From the NCBI RefSeq assembly GCF_009914755.1, contig NC_060933.1: DNA of 64,000 nucleotides, one strand, 5' to 3'. How positions within the stretch are numbered: the first letter of the stretch is position 1; the number at the start of each line of letters is the position of its first letter. Position numbers and translations under genes: made by a program. A model generated the notes under the pieces. The model was given only the letters and a program-made list of their open reading frames with translations, was not told the DNA's origin and searched no databases. Positions 27,578 through 43,899 of this stretch are shown here, piece by piece. Source of the DNA: the human T2T-CHM13v2.0 reference genome, Homo sapiens.

Positions 27578-30500
27578 AAGGTGAATCATATCTCTATTCA
27601 AGGAACCTATCTTTTATAGCAATCATCTGGTCTAAATAATATAATCACTACAATAATATAATCACTAATGGATCACGTAATACTGAGCAAAGAGGATTAT
27701 GGCTGTTGAGCAGAGGAGTTGGGGCAAGAGTCTGGAATTTGGATACCTGAAGGACTAGGGAAGTCACAAGAGTAAAAATCTGTGGGACAGTTAGCATTTC
27801 TCTCTCCAACTAAGCACCTATGATGTGCATAACATATAGAACACTAGAAAAGGAGTGAAATAACTTTGGTGAGCCATTTGAACTTTCTACCACTTTGAGA
27901 TAAAGTAGTAGCTCATTTGAGTGGTTTCTGAATAGTTAACACTGTGAGACTTAAAGAAGGCCTGTGCTTATGTGACGCTCACTGGACTTTTGACTACACA
28001 CCCCTATCTCCTAAGTGTACTCACCATCAGCATCGGCTTTACCCATATAATGCCAAAACAACTATTCTATCAAATCAGGCAAACTACAAATCAATCCTAA
28101 CGTAGGGATGGGAGATCTGTTTAATAGTTTATTGAACTGAATTGAATACTTCAGTAAAAAGAGTTATATCCATAGCCCTTAGCAGACATGGGTTGTTTTT
28201 ACTAAAGGACATTCAATTCCAAAATAAACACTAATCTTATTGAACAAAAGAACATTACGAAGAGACTCTTTCAAAGAACAAGATCTAAATGAGCTGGTAT
28301 ATTAGAGACATTATTGCAACTGGGTGATGTTTAAACTAAAATAAAGAAAAGGAAAATATTTGTCCTAAATCCTTCCGGCTGGGAAAACACTCATGATGAT
28401 TCAGTAAATTCCATGGTGCACGTCATTTGCCATTAGGGGTCAATAAATAGAGCTATAACTCAACTCTGCTGTCAAATGATTCCCCGCTAGTGCCCATGAG
28501 GCATGACAAAGTAGAAGAGAAAATCATTCCAGAATTCAATATAAATATAAAATATGTATTTTTCTAAAAATACTAATTTCTTCATTGAATAATACAAAAT
28601 TAGATCATCAAATAAGATTTTTCACTTAAGCAATACTAATGCTTATCAGTGAATGCTGTGATGATCTTTCCTTTAATAAAATTAATGTAGCACTGCTCAC
28701 ATATTTACTGAGTAAAGATCAATCTATGGATTCCAGTTAATTGTGCTGAGGTAAATCTGGATATCAAGACTTAATATTAGTCAAAATTTTGATAATCTAA
28801 TATGCATGAATATCATATTTATTGTTTCTTAAGAAATAAACTGCTTTAGATAAATGCAAACCTTCCAAAGCTAAGAGAAAAGATTACTCAACCCCTTGCC
28901 CAAAATTAAGCCAATTAAACTAGTTCTTGACTTATTATTTAATAATCTTTGTAAGGAGATTCTTATTTCCTGTGATTTCCAAATTTACTTAAGAAGATTT
29001 TTTTAATTGCTATTGCTTTAATTTTTTTATTAGAGATTATCATCAGGAACAAACTTCACCTTGCAAGGTTCAAAGAGTTTAAAGGCCAATTGTTCACAAA
29101 CATCAATATGAGAAACATCCACTTTCATGCATTAGTACCTGATTTAATGAGCAGGCTAGAAAGGAGCAGGCAGAGTGGTCAGGTGACAAATTGAGAGTCC
29201 AAAAACTAAAGATGCATAAATGGCATACAACAAATTATTTCTATCTCTATATATTAAACTGGAAGGTAACAAGACAGCAGAGAAAGATATATGAAAAATC
29301 ACTAGGTACAACCCAAAAAGTGGAGGAAAAAAAATGCTGACAGACTAGAAATGGCAAGAAAAGATGGATGGGACACAGCGACAAGATGTGTTTGCTTTTT
29401 CAGCACACAACTTATTTATTTTATGGCTATATTGGTAATTCAATTGAAATGCTATGACCTGGTTACATCCTTGAATATTCAGATTGCATTACTTTTATTA
29501 GAAGCAATAAACCAAGTCCTCTTTTTATCCTTTTGTATTCAATAAAGAATAGAGTTAAATGCATATGGGAAGAAAATAAGAGCATTTCACTCAGGGGAAC
29601 TCAGGGTTGCTATTTGGAGAATTTCCAGAAGATTAAGTTATAGCATTGGGAATTTATAGTTACTGGAACTTTAGAAGCTTATTTCATGACTGCATTTCAT
29701 CTTTGGGGTTGATGTGCACTTTGAAAAAATGTTCTGCTAACTACATTAGCTCACTACTTAATGAAGAATCCATGCATAGAGGCCTATAATGACTAACTGG
29801 CAGTGCTTTTTGCAATTCACTGATTTTGTAAGTAGAGTCATTCTTTTTTGGGTCTGGTTAAAGAACCAACACTCTTCCCAGTTTCTTTTTAACACCCTGT
29901 ATATTCATCCCATGACTGAAAAACTGTCAATTTAGTTTCCAATTTTAAACTTCTACTGCATTATTTTTATAATATAGATGAATATTATAAGTATTAAAAT
30001 AGATGGATGAATTAGAGCCAGGAAATAACTTGTTTAGTTCAATGATATTTCCAAAGCACCGGAGTGAAGAAATAGGAGATTATAGCACTAACCTTGCTGT
30101 ATATGTGGTACTTAATATTTTGCTATCTGTTTTTAACAGTCATTTACTGCTGTTACTCCTGTAAGGTAAGCTATTATTAGAGTCAGCCTTTCCAGCCTCC
30201 CTCTGAATATGTGGAGGGCAGTGGGCAGTCAGAGGGCATATTAAAATGTGACATCCAAATGCCTTATTTTTTAATTTGGAAAAATATAAATATATAGCAG
30301 TGACCTGGAAGAATAGAGATCACAGGATAATTTTAGCACTACTCCATGAAACAACAATTTAATTCAATAGTATGAAACTTAAAACTTATCTTTCATATTA
30401 AAACAGATATGGTATATTGTAGAGAAAAATGCAGAATGTGTATCAATCTTAAAAATAAACCGTGACTTAAAAAATCATGATTGTGATAATATTTTATGGG

Positions 30501-31483
30501 CAGGCCACCAAGTTATCCTTTCCTCTCCTTTGTCTTCAGAAGTGCCCTAGGACAAAAGTTGGAGAAGCCATAGTCTGAGGGGTTCTTAAGACACCCAACA
30601 AGATAGGCAATGTTTACTTTGAAACTTTCTGCTACCTGAAAGAGATCATGTACGAGTAGTTCTATAAATTTAGGTCAAGCTTCCACACTTACTCTTCTTA
30701 TATCTCTCAACTGAGAAACAAGGTGATCAGATTAAATTTCTAATGTTTCTTTCCATTCTAGTCTGTAATCTGTATGGACAGAAGTAGGGGGTGCAGAGTT
30801 CCTGGAAGAATGGAAAGAGGTACCAATTTTATACTGTTTAAAATAAAAAATAAAGACATCTGGTCTAAAACTAGAGGTTGAAACAGGAGAAGAGGAGCTG
30901 GCAAGAAAGACAGTGCTAGGATGAAGCACTTTTGTTAATAAGACCTATAATTTATTGTGATATATGTTTTCTCACAATTAATTTCACAATAACCCTAAAT
31001 GTAAATAAAATTATGTTTACTTTCCTGATGGGGACACTAATAATCAGAATGTAACTTGCAAATGTCATAGAACACACCAGTGGCTTGACTCCCAAGTCTC
31101 TATCTTAACCACTACATACGCACTGCAGTATTAAAATGCACAGATGTGAAGAAATAGGGGTTGATGCAGCTTCGTCAGTTAGAAACCCAATATGTGCAAG
31201 TTTGTTCTAGACAGACTTAGACAAAATTGGAGGCTACTTAGTGCTATGAGTCCATCAACTCTTTCAAAGGAGCAAGAAAGAAAAAAGTTTCTAAGCAGTG
31301 TTATGAAGGAAGGGGAAGGGGGTGGAGAGGAGGGAAATCTTCTCACACAGTGCCTTTTTTTTTCAGATCAAATTTTGAATTCCTTAAAAATGAAAATGCT
31401 TGGTAAGGGACAAAATGGATTCTGAAATATTGTCAGTCATGTGTACTTACTGTGAATTAATTTCTGATTACAGAGAGCAGATT

Positions 31484-31558
31484 TTTTTTTTTTAACAGAT
31501 CTTGCCATGTTGCTCAAGCCAGTTTTGAGATTATAGGAATGCACCACTCTACCTGGCC
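31484..31558 (-). mobile_element. Internally deleted Alu monomer (75 bp) with intact TSD
   Basis: T-tract + TCTTGCCATGTTGCTCAAGCCAGTTTTGA joined to GATTATAGGAATGCACCACTCTACCTGGCC; 13-bp TSD CAGAGAGCAGATT at 31471-31483 and 31559-31571. Confidence 0.85.
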
Positions 31559-31709
31559 CAGAGAGCAGATTATGAAAAGGAGGAAACCTTATGCAGGGTT
31601 CCCTGACTGCAGCGTCCAGGTCGCAACACTCATTACTATTTTTTATTGTGCCCACAGCAGTAACAGAAAGCCCAGTTTGTGCCTCTGTGACCAGTAGCTT
31701 AGGGATGGT

Positions 31710-32030
31710 TTCAGAATCAAAATCTTTTGGTTGCAAGTAACAGAAATGCCCTTGAGCTGGGAAGACAAATGGGGTTAAATTATTATAGGAATACAGGGTG
31801 TCTGGAGACATCTTCAGAAAAAAACATGAACCAACTCCTCCTGGTACTACAGATAACCCAGCAAGTCCTCTATCTTTGTCTCTTGTCTATGTTCATCTGT
31901 CTCTGATTCATTCTTCTTCCCCAGTAAAGACTGGCTTTCTCTGTTTTCCGGATTCCACAGAAAAACCCATTACCATCAATAGTTACCTAGCATACATCTC
32001 TGTTCTAAAGTCAGCCACACCTTAGAAAGA
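31710..32030 (-). mobile_element. Old MLT1 (J/K/L-like) LTR fragment
   Basis: CTTTTGGTTGCAAGTAACAGAAATGCCC is the reverse complement of a typical MLT1 3' end; the far boundary is uncertain. Confidence 0.45.
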
Positions 32031-32048
32031 CTTGAACTCTGGAATTTC

Positions 32049-32356
<308 letters not shown>

Positions 32357-33150
32357 TGGAATTTCTTAAAGACTCAATTTTAACTCATTAGCCCTGTTGG
32401 GTCATTTGAGGCCATGGGGCAAGATCATACTGGGGAGGCAAGCTGCTGTCATTATAACCATATGAATAGCAGAGGGGAGGATGAAGTTATCAGAGAAGAG
32501 AAAATCATTGAAAACTGGAGACAAGCCAATTGGGCTCCACCCTGAGAGGGAAATATTCTCCAGGAAAACCTGGATAATTAATGGATCTATGAGTCTTTGG
32601 TTCTTTTCTTTTTCCTTCAGAAGTCTCCTGAGGAAAGATTTTATCACTCAGATGGTTAGCATGCAACACAATCCCTCAAACTACCTCTAGAGAATAATTT
32701 TAATGTTATGATTGTATTGAATCTATTTATATCCTTCTTTCTAAACAGGTTTTGCAGCAGCTTACAAAAAGGAAATATGATTTTCTTAATGTGGATATGG
32801 CTATAGAACATAATATAATGTGACCAAATTCATTATCAATTTTGGTGCTAAACCTGATATTAAGACCCACAAATCCTTACTTTCTAGTTGTCTAACTTAG
32901 GAGAACACATGAAATGGAACCATGAGACAGTAGATACACTGATCCACCTATCAAATAATCAGTTCTTTATCTGTATAATTTACATGACTCAGGAGGAATG
33001 TTTCTTATGCTCAGTAAGCACAAGAGCCCCTGTAAAACTGGACTCACAATGAAATTCTATCTGCAAAATATTTTTGGTTTCACGGTTAAAGGCTGTAGAA
33101 TTCTAGTATAAGCACATATGGTGCCCGAAGGTGCTTGGTTCTGCTTACTT

Positions 33151-33570
33151 TCATTCATTTATTCATTCATTTACCCAACAAATATTTACTGAACACAACT
33201 ACTCTGTGCCAAGCACCATGATATAAGTAATAGGAAGGAAAAGACATAGCCTCTGATTTCAAAACTCAGTTGATTAAAACAGGACAACATGTTTGATACT
33301 ACGATAGATCAAGTACAGAGAACCAAGGGTGAAGAAAGAAGAGTCTTGGTCAGGATGATTGAAGGAAATCTCACCTCTCAGGAGTCTTCATGGCGGTCTA
33401 ATAGAAAGAAGCAAAAAGTGAGGAAGAGAATTTCCAACAAGAGGTACAGCAAGTTCAAATTACTGGTGTGGTGAGAGAACAAAGAAAGTTGAAGGAATTA
33501 TATAAGTCATTAAATACAGGCTGAGCATACGGTTTGAGAAAAGACAGTGAGCCATTGCGAGAAGTGAGAC
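33151..33570 (-). mobile_element. L2 3' fragment
   Basis: CATTCATT..ATTCATTCATT..CAACAAATATTTACTGAACAC..CTACTCTGTGCCAAGCAC. Confidence 0.7.
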
Positions 33571-34244
33571 TGTCTTCTTAATCATTCTTCTTAAAAGCAA
33601 ATATTCATTCCATTAACAGATATACATAAAGCACCCATTATCTGTTCTTAATGTGTATTCAACTTAGAGATTCCATTAGGATAAGGTATTCTAAAAAGGA
33701 ATACACTCCTATGTCCCACCCTCATCAAGGCTTCTGTAAAACTCAAGGCCCTTACTTGTAACCAGGGCCCCTGATCCCATCTTCCTGGACCCCATGTAAG
33801 CCCTTACTCATTAGTGCAAAAGTGTTCTCATTGACCTGATCACAGGAACTAAATTTGCATCAATGGCAACTCTTCTGTGAATCAATTCTCCATAGACTCC
33901 CAAAGCACCAAAGGGCTTTGTTACTTTAGGATATAACATGAATGAATGCAAAGCAATGCTATGATGTAAGGGTACTTCCCAAATTTTTCCACAGATGTGT
34001 ATCATCCTCTCAATCCTCCAATGTGTATCATACGAGCCCTCAGACCCTCCCACTACTCCCACTCTATCAACTGCTCAGTTCTCTCCAAGTTCTTCTATAC
34101 TTCATTCCTTTTGAAATTTCTCCCTCGATCTGAGTTCTAAAACAATTCATCACCAGAAGCTTCAGTCTCATGAAGTTCAGTGTTCTTTAATTCGACTCAC
34201 AAAAGCACTTTAGTCGATCAAAAACATTTTATAACTTCAGAATC

Positions 34245-35151
34245 GGGGGGAGGAGCCAAGATGGCCAAATAGGAACAGCTCCGGTCTACAGCTCCCAGCG
34301 TGAGCGACGCAGAAGACGGGTGATTTCTGCATTTCTATCTGAGGTACCGGGTTCATCGCACTAGGGAGTGCCAGACAGTGGGCGCAGGTCAGTGGGTGCA
34401 CGCACCGTGCGCGAGCCAAAGCAGGGCAAGGCATTGCCTCACTCAGGAAGTGCAAGGGGTCAGGGAGTTCCCTTTCCTAGTCAAAGAAACGGGTGACAGA
34501 CGGTACCTGGAAAATCGGGTCACTCCCACCAGAATACTGCGCTTTTCCGACAGGCTTAAAAAACAGCTCACCAGGAGATTATATCCCGCACATGGCCCAG
34601 AGGGTCCTAAGCCCACAGAGTCTCGCTGATTGCTAGCACAGCAGTCTGAGATCAAACTGCAAGGCGGCAGCGAGGCTGGGGGAGGGGCGCCTGCCATTGC
34701 CCAGGATTGCTTAGGTAAACAAAGCAGCCAGGAAGCTGGAACTGGGTGGAGCCCACCACAGCTCAAGAAGGCCTGCCTGCCTCTGTAGGCTCCACCTCTG
34801 GGGGCAGGGCACAGACAAACAAAAAGACAGCAGTAACCTCTGCAGACTTAAATGTCCCTGTCTGACAGCTTTGAAGAGAGCAGTGGTTCTCCCAGCACAC
34901 AGCTGGAGATCTGAGAATGGGCAGACTGCCTCCTCAAGTGGGTCCGTGAACCCTGACCCCCAAGCAGCCTAACTGGGAGGCACCCCCCAGTAGGGGCAGA
35001 CTGACACCTCACACGGCCAGTACTCCAACAGACCTGCAGCTGAGGGTACTGTCTGTTAGAAGGAAAACTAACAAACAGAAAGGACATCCACACCAAAAAC
35101 CCATCTGTACATCACCATCACCAAAGACCAAAAGTAGATAAAACCACAAAG
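34245..35151 (+). promoter_or_regulatory. L1 5'UTR: internal sense and antisense promoter; YY1 site intact
   Basis: CAAGATGGCC at 34257-34266; CpG-rich but with several CpG decays relative to consensus. Confidence 0.8.
34443..34697 (-). CDS. L1 ORF0 (antisense 5'UTR ORF), 84 aa, open
   Basis: ATG at 34697-34695 gives MAGAPPPASLPPCSLISDCCASNQRDSVG..., the primate L1 ORF0 N-terminus; stop at 34443-34445. Expression unknown. Confidence 0.75.
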   Translation of the reverse strand: MAGAPPPASLPPCSLISDCCASNQRDSVGLGPSGPCAGYNLLVSCFLSLSEKRSILVGVTRFSRYRLSPVSLTRKGNSLTPCTS

Positions 35152-36167
35152 ATGGGGAAAAACAGAGGAGAAAAACTGGAAACTCTAAAAAGCATAGCGC
35201 CTCTCCTCCTCCAAAGGAATGCAGCTCCTCATCAGCAACGGAACAAAGCTGGATGGAGAATGACTTTGACGAGCTGAGAGAAGAAGGCTTCAGACGATCA
35301 AATTACTCCGAGCTACGGGAGGACATTCAAACCAAAGGCAAAGAAGTTGAAAACTTTGAAAAAAATTTAGAAGAATGTATAACTAGTATAACCAATACAG
35401 AGAAGTGCTTAAAGGAGATGATGGAGCTGAAAACCAAGGCTTGAGAACTACGTGAAGAATGCAGAAGCCTCAGGAGCCGATGCGATCAACTCAAAGAAAG
35501 GGTATCAGCGATGGAAGATGAAATGAATGAAATGAAGCAAGAAGGGAAGTTTAGAGAAAAAAGAATAAAAAGAAATGAGCAAAGCCTCCAAGAAATATGG
35601 GACTATGTGAAAAGACCAAATCTACGTCTGATTGGTGTACCTGAAAGTGACAGGGAGAATGGAACCAAGTTGGAAAACACTCTGCAGGATATTATCCAGG
35701 AGAACTTCCCCAATCTAGCAAGGCAGGCCAACATTCAGATTCAGGAAATACAGAGAACGCCACAAAGATACTCCTCGAGAAGAGCAACACCAAGACACAT
35801 AATTGTCAGATTCACCAAAGTTGAAATGAAGGAAAAAATGTTAAGGGCAGCCAGAGAGAAAGGTCAGGTTACCCAAAAAGGGAAGCCCATCATACTAACA
35901 GCAGATCTCTCGGAAGAAACTCTACAAGCCAGAAGAGAGTGGGGGCCAATATTCCACATTCTTAAAGAAAAGAATTTTCAACCCAGAATTTCATATCCAG
36001 CCAAACTAAGCTTCATAAGTGAAGGAGAAATAAAATCCTTTACAGACAAGCAAATGCTGAGAGATTTTGTCACCACCAGGCCTGCCCTAAAAGAGCTCCT
36101 GAAGGAAGTGCTAAACATGGAAAGGAACAACCGGTACCAGCCACTGCAAAATCATGCCAAAATGTAA
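35152..36167 (+). pseudogene. L1 ORF1p pseudogene
   Basis: ORF-track pieces MENDFDELREEGFRR... and MEDEMNEMK...NHAKM; 1-bp deletion in the A-run after ATGGGG; CGA>TGA stop at 35442-35444. Confidence 0.95.
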
Positions 36168-36230
36168 AGACCATCGAGACTAGGAAGAAACCTCATCAAC
36201 TAACGAGCAAAATAACCAGCTAACATCATA

Positions 36231-40054
<3,824 letters not shown>

Positions 40055-40742
40055 ACAATGAGAACACATGGACACAGGAAGGGGAACATCACACTCTGGG
40101 GACTGTTGTGGGGTGGGGGGAGGGGGGAGGGATAGCATTGGGAGATATATCTGATGCTAGATGACGAGTTAGTGGGTTCAGTGCACCAGCATGGCACATG
40201 TATGCATATGTAACCAACCTGCACATTGTGCACATGTACCCTAAAACTTAAAGTATAATAATAATAAAAAATAATAATAATTCACCTAAGCCAAAAAAAT
40301 AATAAATAACTTCAGAATCTTCTGTACCTCAATTACCCAGTCCCCATCATGTTCACCCAAATTCTTTTATACCCACCCTCATCAGGCCCCAGATACAAGT
40401 CTGTCCTTCATGTATTACATTCAGTAATTATACAAATTAAAGAAATGATAAATTTATTTTCCCACTTTACTTATCAAAGATAACTCACCTCTTAAGAGCT
40501 TTCTGCCACATGGGGCTTCTAGTCATCATGATTAATATAAATATTATTTCAACATTGACTTGATATCCTTCTAGCTAAAAGGAAAGTGACTTGACATTTT
40601 CTTTAGCCTGGACTAACTTGTCATAAGAAACAGTATAATTTCCATCAGGACTTTTTGAATGCAGATTATAACTCAAGCTTCCTTCCTTTTGCTAATATGG
40701 TGAAGTCCAGGCAAATTAAAAGATATTGAGATCTTCAACCTG

Positions 40743-40780
40743 TATGGACATGCAGGAATTTTATGTCCTGCATGTCCATA
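40743..40780. repeat. Perfect 15-bp inverted repeat with an 8-nt loop
   Basis: TATGGACATGCAGGA-ATTTTATG-TCCTGCATGTCCATA. Confidence 0.95.
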
Positions 40781-42299
40781 TTTGAAAAATGTAAGAGTTT
40801 TCAAGAAGCTAAGCCATCTCTTTCTCATTTCTAGAGAGGACATAAGGACTAAAATTAAAGCCAGAAAGATTTAGGATAAAGCCATTTCTATATTAAATAT
40901 TGTTAAGTCCTGTGTTACTGTCCATGAGGAAAGGATACAAATTCTCTATTCCTAGAGTCCTCTCAAACCAAACTAGTGCACATATCTTGGATTGCTTACC
41001 CAGATTAAACTCTACTTTGAACTAGGAGTACATTGTTGAAACATATTATCCTTTTACAAGTTATAAAGCTACCTTTAAAATTTTAAATTATTTAACAATT
41101 GAAAAGGTATGGTTCTAACTCTACCTTTCCTTTGTTGGGCCCTGGGGTATTTTCCAGCCTTGGCTGTTCTCATCCCTCCATTCCTTCCTCTAACTTTCAG
41201 TTTCTTCATAACTTACCCTGTAAGAACCCTGACAGAGAAATATTATAAAGTTCTAGAGGTATCTTGTTCCTAAAATTTAAAACACTATTTTCATCAAAAA
41301 GCACTTACCACATTTTGGTATGCCTTGGAGATAATGTGAGAACTCTAACCAACCAGGGGACTAGGTAGACTGTCTCAAAGATGAATATTCAAGTTCTTCT
41401 TACATCAGGGAAAATACTCCCAGTGAGAAAAAAAAATATTCCTAACATACACTTTGAGCTGACATTGGTTCTCAAAATCATTTTTTAAATTCTAGTTAAT
41501 TACCGAGATAAACAGTAGTTTGAACTCTGAAAGTATTCCCAGCTATCAAGGGACAGAACACTATCTTTCCTAATCATTTTTTTCATCAGGTGTCAACTCA
41601 TTTTGGCACAATCTGCACAAGCATTGTTCATTTTACTTTTCAAGGCAAGACTTTCAAATCTATTCCTTGGGACTATTGACAAGTGTAAAAAAATCATTCT
41701 GGTTCAGAAAATACTGATGATGGCTCAGATGAGCTAACACTAGCTTCAGTTAGTTAAATAGAAACTTACAGAAAAGAAAATAGAAACTAAACTTTTGCCA
41801 GGCAGGAACTAAATCAGAAGAGTAGGAAATAAAAGATAGAAATGAAATACATGTGAGATACATCTGAGAAAAAAAGTAGAAGTTTTGAAAACAACAAAGA
41901 ACACTTTCCTTAAACATATTTATGAACAAATTGTAGCCCTTCAGCATTTTCCACAATGACAAGGAATAAAAGTTATCTGATAGAGGCTTGAAAGATTATT
42001 TGCAAAAATCTGGTGCTTATTTTGTGGAACTAGGAAAGCCATTTTGGGAAAAGGGCATTTGCCATTACTAGTATCATGATTTCTTCAAATAATTTGTTAG
42101 AGTAAAACCTGCATAAAAGTATGTCTATTTAAAACATATATTAGAATGCATACAGTTTGTGGTAGCTTTTTTTCTTAGCTGTACATGAACACGTTCATTA
42201 TACGCCAATACCAGAAATTTCCACATTGTGTGTAATACTTTATAGTATTAAGAAAAGGTGAAGAGGGCAACAAATCTTTATATATTGCCAAGTGGTTCG

Positions 42300-42510
42300 G
42301 TAGGTATTTTACCTACATACAGCATTTCCTTTGGTCATCTCAACAACTCAACAAGGTAGAATTTATCATCCCCATTTTACAGTGGGAAACCTGATGCTTA
42401 GAGTAGTTAAGTAAGTAGCCAAAGAATCCTCCGTTACTCAGTGTTAGAGCTAAAATTAAATATACCTTCTAAATCTAAATTGATGACCTTTCCACTCTAT
42501 CACATTACTT
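42300..42510 (-). mobile_element. MIR
   Basis: TCTCAACAAC..AAGGTAGA..TTATCATCCCCATTTTACAGTGGGAAAC..GCTTAGAG..GTTAAGTAA. Confidence 0.75.
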
Positions 42511-43040
42511 TCAGGTTTCTTGGAATTTTGCTAAGACTAATTACAAAGATGTCTAAAAAAGTCACAATGACCACAGAGCCTATAAAACTAAATAAAAATT
42601 CTTCATGTTTGAGTTATACTAAGATCAAACTGTACACTTGCTTCACAATTTCCATTCCAAATTCAACAGAACTAATAAGGGAATCTTTACTTCCTATTGC
42701 TAATGTATACTATTTTTTGTGGGGTTTTTTTGGATTCTTGTAATCTAGTTTAAGGTATGGTATATAAAAATAAAATACTTTCTTAGTATTATGACAAATG
42801 TTAAAGAAATATAGATTGTACTTTAATGCAGGTAACTTGTAGAAGATATCTAAATTACTTTTGAAGCTATCTTTTTGTTTTATATTATTTTTAGAAAGGC
42901 ACCAGATGCTACACATAATCTTTTTATGCAAGTTATAGAGATTTTGTTGTATTGGAATGTTCGGTGTGATCTAGTGACAAGATCTTCTTCCTCATTATTC
43001 TACTGGAGCAAAGAGGAGTACTCTTATCCGACATAATTCC

Positions 43041-43345
43041 TTTTTTTTTTCTTTTTTGATACAGGATTTCACTCTGTCACCCAGGCTGGAGTGCAGTGGC
43101 ACCATCATCATAGCTCACTGCAGCCTTGAACTCCTGGACTCAAGTGATTCTCCCGCCTCAGCCTCCTGAATAGCTGGGACTACAGGCATGAGACACCATA
43201 CCTGGCTAATGTTTTTATTTTTTATAGAGACACGTTCTCACTTTGTTTCACAGGCCAGTCTGGAACTCCTGGAACCAAGAGATCTTCCTGCCTTAGCCTA
43301 CCAAAGTGCTAGGATTCCAGGTGTGAGCAACTGTGCTGATCCAGT
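43041..43345 (-). mobile_element. AluJ
   Basis: ATCATAGCTCACTGCAGCCTTGAACTCCTGGACTCAAGTGAT (J-type); TSD ATAATTCCTT on both sides. Confidence 0.9.
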
Positions 43346-43597
43346 ATAATTCCTTAGACTTCTGTACCCCTCTTGTTCAGATTTTGGATGACCAAGTCCA
43401 AAATCATTTTGGTTTCAAGTTTTTCTTGGCTAATCATAGTATCATAATTATTATTAAAATAAATTCATTATACTAAGGAAACACAATAAATCCTAAATCA
43501 TAAGAGATAATCCCCAAATCTGGTCATTTCATACCAATATAGAAAATTCATCAGTGACATTTAAATGAGGCAAAAAGCACAAAAGGTTTAGAGGTAA

Positions 43598-43899
43598 TTT
43601 TTTTTTTTTTTTTTTTTTGAGATAGGGTCTCGCTCTGTCACCCAGGCTACAGGCCAGTGGCACAATGTCTGCTCACTGCAACCTCCACCTCCTAGGTTCA
43701 AGGGATTCTCCTGCTGCAGCCTCCTGAGTAGCTGGGACTACAGGCACCTGCCACCGCACCTGGCTAATTTTTTGTATTTTTAGTAGAGACAGGGTTTCAC
43801 CGGGTTAGCCAGGATGGTCTTGATGTCCTGACCTTGTGATCTGCCCGCCTTGGCCTCCCAAGGTGCTGGGATTACAGGTTTGAGCCACCGTGCCAAGCC
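43598..43899 (-). mobile_element. Alu (Sc8/Y-like)
   Basis: TTAGCCAGGATGGTCTTGAT with an S-type right arm; TSD TAGAGGTAATTTT at 43589-43601 and 43900-43912. Confidence 0.92.

Noticed and set aside
40108-40131. G-quadruplex-forming G-tract
   Set aside because: It is the standard L1 3'UTR polypurine tract, not specific to this locus.
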